DNA of 64,000 nt from positions 256,001 through 320,000 of the forward strand of contig CAVRQT010000002.1 of NCBI GenBank assembly GCA_963723515.1. Reading direction: 5' to 3'. Below the pieces are notes generated by a model, which ran no database searches, was not told the DNA's origin, and saw nothing but the letters and a program-made list of their open reading frames with translations. The position numbers and the translations under genes were made by a program. Positions 59,562 to 64,000 of this stretch are shown piece by piece (position 1 is the first letter of the stretch; each line of letters begins with the position of its first letter). This DNA is from Vulcanimicrobiota bacterium (GTDB lineage: Bacteria; Vulcanimicrobiota; Vulcanimicrobiia; Vulcanimicrobiales; Vulcanimicrobiaceae).

Positions 59562-60276
59562 CTATGCGAAGCCGCTCCTTATGGCGTGGACCGCGGCTTG
59601 CGAACGAGCGGAGATGTTCAGCTTTGAGAAAATGCGGCTCACGTGATTCTTAACCGTCTTCTCCGAGAGGGACAATCGAGCGCCGATCTCTTTGTTGGAG
59701 AGTCCCTTCGCGATCAGCGTAACGATCTCGATCTCACGTCTTGAGAGCTCGCACGCGTCGTTGCCGTCGTGCATCGTACGTCTGCGCAGAATACCGCCCG
59801 CAAGACGTGCATCTACGTAGGGATCGCCCTTTGCGACGACCTTAATCGCCTGGCGGAACTCCTGCGGAATGATGTCCTTCATGATATAGCCGCTCGCGCC
59901 GGCGTTGAGACAACGCTGCATCAGTTCGGGCTCGCTGCGGCCCGAAAGAATGCAGACCGCGACGGTCGGCAGCTCCTTGCGGCATTGTGAAACGAGCTCC
60001 GCGACATCCATCAGCGAATATCGGTCCGGCCCGGTGTGCTCGATATCGAGAATGATAACGTCCGGTCGCCGCGCTGCTAAGGCAGCGGAAGCGACAGAAG
60101 GCGCATCGCAGACCACCTGCAAGATCTGGGTCCGCGGCAAGCATCATGCTCAGCGCCTTTGAAAAAAGGCGCTGCGTTTCGATAATCGCCACTTTTACGG
60201 GACGCGCATGCTGGGTGTCCGCGTCGTGTACAAACGACGGAGCGTCGCGGCGCTGGTCAATGAGCGCGGTCGTCAA
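59562..60276 (-). CDS. NarL/FixJ-family response regulator (REC + LuxR HTH), frameshift near 60122
   Basis: VKVAIIETQ, PDVIILD, ILSG, GASGYIMKD, LSRREIEI...GLSNKEIGARLSLSEKTVKNHVSRIFSKL; SD GGAGA before TTG 60276. Confidence 0.88.
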
Positions 60277-60400
60277 GAAATATCTCCATTCACAAGCTCG
60301 CACCACGCGCGGCGCGGCCGGTTGGCGGTCACCCTTGGCCCACTGTAAAGGGCGCGACGAAGAACGACCATACCAAGAATTGGGTATTGAGCGTCAGATT

Positions 60401-61563
60401 TCAAAAGCCGGCGACGCCAATCGGTGAGCCAAGCCCGGTATGCGCGTTCGGCAGCACAGGGCTCAAACGCACTGGCATGGCCGTAGGAAAAGCTCGGAGC
60501 GTCTCCGCGGCGATTGAGCGCGTACGCCGCTGCGGCCAGCGGTGCGCCCACGCTTGTTCCACCGGCTTCGACCCAGCCACCGGCGAAAACGCTAAAGATA
60601 CCGACCCCGGTGTTCGGATCGGCGACGGAAGCAATGTCTACCGCTCGCCGAGATGTGCACTGAGAGCCGCTCTGCCACGCAGGCTTAGCGGACATAGGCG
60701 CTGCAGCCGCCGCCGCTGTATAGCCACGGAGCTTGGCTCCAGTGGCCGGCGCCGCCGCTCAGCGTCGTTCCGCCGACGGAAAAAACGTATGGTGAGGCTG
60801 CGGGGTACGAGGGCGCGTGGTGGTCTCCGCTACTCGCGGTAATAGCGATGCCGGGATGGTTGAAATGAAAATCTTCCGCCTGCTCTCCAGACCACTCGGG
60901 CGCATAATAGCTGTTACTAATCGCGATCGGCCGAAAAGTTGCAGCCCGATCCACGGCCGCGCCGAAATCATCGACCGATGCTGAGTGCGCTTCCACCAGC
61001 ACAATGTGACACCGAGGACACGCTGCAGAAACGATCTCTAGGTCCAGCGCCGTCTCTTCCGCCCATCCCGCGTTCAGAGCGGGATAGGAGCCGGCTTGCC
61101 CGCCTGATTCACTTTTCGAAAGCAGCCCGTAAGGCTAAGGCACGGCTGGCAGTCGCAAAGACCAATCGGTATGTGCCATCTCGGCGTCCGCCAGCGGATC
61201 GTCATAAGCATCGACAACCGCAACGTTCCGCCGGGCGCTTGTGAGGCAAACGGTAAACATTCGTCAGGTCGGCGGGATGCAACCCGGCACGAGCGATGCC
61301 GGAAGATCCGCAAGAGGATTCGGCGGGATGTTGATGTTGATCACGAGCGTGCATTGCGTAACTCCTGCCGAAGCGGGGGCGCATGGAAAAATACCACCCG
61401 GTAAGCCGTGTGCGCTTTCGCCCGGATAGTAGTTGATCGAGGCGGTAGAATCGGCCGGCAAACCGGATGACTCGCCGGAACAACGGGTGTCCCAAATTGT
61501 CCGCTTCCGGAGCAACCGCCTAAGAGCTGGCCGAGAGAACGAATATTAGGGCCCGTCTATACA
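60401..61563 (-). CDS. S53 (sedolisin-like) serine protease lipoprotein, several frameshifts
   Basis: Stitched frames give LLGGCSG lipobox, EETALDLE, ISNSY, SSGD, YPAASP, VGGT, GGTSVGAP, TGLGSP. Confidence 0.8.
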
Positions 61564-64000
61564 CGCGTCCCTCCAACATGGTTGCACACTGCGAATCCAG
61601 CCTGAATGAACGGCGAGGGCCACAGCTTCGCGCCGACCGCTGCAACGAAGTTTGCGGCAGATCGAGCGAATGTGGGTGTCTACGGTCTGGGGACTACGCC
61701 CAGTTTGTCTTGCCACCTCTTTTGAGCTCGCGCCGATCACGATGAGATTCAGGATTGAGCGCTCGGCCTGCGTCAGAAGGGAATACGCGTAAGCCTGCTT
61801 TCTCGGGGAACCGCAATGCCGATCAAACAAGCGTGCGATGCCGCCCATATGTTCGGAACGCAGCCGCTCAAACGCAACACGCAACGCGCCACCGTCGGCT
61901 TGTTCCATCTGAAGCCGGTAAGAACACGCGGACACAGTTAACCAGCGTCTCGAGCGTTGCATTCGTGATCGGCTTCAGTCCGTTCCGCTTCACCGATATG
62001 GCGATGAGCGACCGCATATCGCCCTCGCAGCAGTTCAGCAACGCCCAGATTTAGTCTGGTGCGGACGGTGCGTGGCGACGGGCGCTTCGCATTGGCTTAG
62101 CGCTGTAATGCCGCTGTTCGATCGCGCGTTCGCCTTCCGCATGCAGTCCGGCGGCCATTGCGCGAACGCTGCTTCGGCAGCGCGGTATGCGCGTCGATCC
62201 GGATCGGTATGAAGTTCTCAATGCTCGTCCGCAAGAAGTTCGTATGCCTTGTTGAACTCGACCGGACCAGCCGAGAAGCATCGCTTCAGCCGGCAGAAGC
62301 GCTTCCGTCGCGCTCCTTCAACCGTCACGCGACTGTCAATGAGCTGCTGATGCAGATGGGCGATCGCCGTGTCATTGCCGCGTTCGACTTCAATCCCATA
62401 GGTTGCGATCAGTCCGAAGATCTTCGCTCTGCGTGCTGCCGCCTTTTCGTGCGCACGCGCCGAGCTTGTCGAGAATTGCAAGAACTGCAATCGGATCATC
62501 GCTGTGCTCGTAAGAACCGTGTAAAGGATGCTGTAAGCTCGGGCTGCGACATCGTAGAGCGAGGCGGCCAAAGCGAACTCGACGGCCCGTTCTGCATTGC
62601 CGTCTCGTGCGCTCGCGATCGGTCCCAAACTGGTAGACATATGCGGCCTGTTGATATACGCGCGCTTGAATATCCTGCACCGAGGATGGGATTGAGCTGC
62701 GCCAAGGCGCGTTCGATCGCATCAGTTGCGTCGTTAAACCTTCCCGCTCGGATAAGTGCGGTTGCAAGAGTCCCCAGGATCGGCACGCGAAGGTATGCCG
62801 GCACGTCTCATCTTCAGCGTAGGGCACGAGCAGGTCGATACATTGACGTTCCGTGCGCACCAGCTCCAGAGCGTAACGATACGTCAGTTGGATGCGAAGG
62901 TCGCGATCGTTTGCGGACTCGATTGCGCACATGAGAAGAGCCGTTCGGCAGCCTCGATGTCTCCGCCGTTTGCCGCCAGAACCGCGCTGATGCCGAGCGC
63001 AGTCGCATTTCTTTGTTCTTCCGGAACTGCGTTGATCGCCGCCGCGACGACCTCCGCCTGGCCTCGTTCGACCAACGGAAATCCGTGTCGTGAGATCATT
63101 CGAAGGATCGAGTCCTTCTCTTCCGCGGCGCTGTAGAGCCGAAGCGCGTCGGCGATAGTCGCCGCGAGCATCAAGCAGATCCGCCGCCCGCTGAAGCGTC
63201 TGCTTCCATTCGTGTCGCCAAACGGCGCAGCTGCGTCTCCAAGAACTCACGAAAGAGATCGTGATATCGGAACTGCGTTTCCGAGATTGCGATGATGAAG
63301 CCGCATTGCAGACGCAGATTTGAGAGAAATACGTTGTCTGCCGCCATATGCGCGCGCAATTTCAAAGTCGAATGTCGAAAAGACGCACGTTCGCAAGAGA
63401 AAGGTGCGCTGGTCGTCCGCGAGCCCCGTGTATGCTTGATCGGCCAGAAAACGATAAAGCAATTCGCGCACGCCGCTTGCCGCAGAGCGAACGTCCGATG
63501 GGCGTGCGCGCGAGCGAACCGCAATCGCCAGTGCGACGGCCCAACCGTCGGTCAACTCGTGCAACGCTTTGATTTCCTCGGGGTCCGCATCAATCGAAGC
63601 GGCGTCGACGGCATGCCAACGTCTCATCCAAGGTGAAGCGCAGGTCGTGCTCGTCGACCGGCAGGTCCATCGTTCCGTATCCCAACCATGTTGCGATGGG
63701 AAGCCCAGCATCAGACCGTGTCGCGAGGATCCATTTGATGCGTGATTTCGTGCGGTCCATGAGATCGGCCAAGAACGTGACGGTGGACGGGTCGGATGCT
63801 GCATGGTGCAAATCGTCAATGACGATCGTGCAAACAACTTTTTGCAAATGCTCATCGAGCCAGTTGACGAGTTCTTGCGCCTCCATGGGCGATGCAATGG
63901 CGCGTTGCTGAACGGCGGGAAACGCAGCGGAGGCGGCGGGTGCGAGGGAGCTGAGCGTCTCTACCAAACCGCGCACCAATGCGAGAAGCGTGCGATCCTC
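61546..64000 (-). CDS. MalT-like ATPase/TPR/LuxR transcriptional regulator; 5' end beyond window, many frameshifts
   Basis: VIDDLH, ILATRS, DLRFT, TDGWAVAL, FRYHDLFREFL; C-terminal LTQAERSIL...SSKEVARQTGRSPQTVDTHIRSICRKL. Confidence 0.8.

Noticed and set aside
53380..64000. Calling the frameshifted genes pseudogenes or programmed frameshifts
   Set aside because: Indels are scattered across unrelated genes, motifs are intact, and there is no consistent slippery site. Assembly error is more parsimonious.
1..64000. CRISPR array, IS/transposase, prophage or rRNA
   Set aside because: I saw no regularly spaced repeats and no recognisable mobile-element or rRNA sequence.

Overview
This is a GC-rich bacterial chromosomal window. 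Its gene mix (diderm Wza/Spy/outer-membrane proteins plus actinobacteria-like cyclase-ATPase-TPR and MalT-like LuxR regulators) suggests Eremiobacterota/WPS-2, but that is inference only. The left half (1-30 kb) holds a prolyl oligopeptidase, tRNA-Ala(CGC), many secreted hypotheticals, metabolic singletons, a divergent Crp/Fnr pair, a DUF2723-NHL/SGNH operon and a beta-propeller/MoaD pair. From 30-50 kb lies a Wza/Wzc/Wzy-type polysaccharide locus with an ABC-2 transporter, an asparagine-synthetase-like ligase, a GNAT, a methyltransferase, several GT4s, a nucleotide-sugar dehydrogenase and a priming transferase. From 50-64 kb come an unannotated 51-aa lipoprotein-type peptide gene directly upstream of a TPR-LuxR regulator, and a condensation/thioesterase-free thiotemplate operon (A-T didomain with the Leu code DAWFLGNVVK, P450, two GNAT-like paralogs, Sfp PPTase). 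A NarL-family regulator, an S53 protease and a MalT-like regulator follow. A shared DosR/NarL-like 16-bp box recurs upstream of the polysaccharide, peptide and NRPS genes. My best candidate for a novel system is a peptide-signalled regulon that couples thiotemplated (hydroxy)leucyl transfer to polysaccharide synthesis. Many single-base frameshifts look like long-read assembly errors. I found no CRISPR array, rRNA or mobile element.
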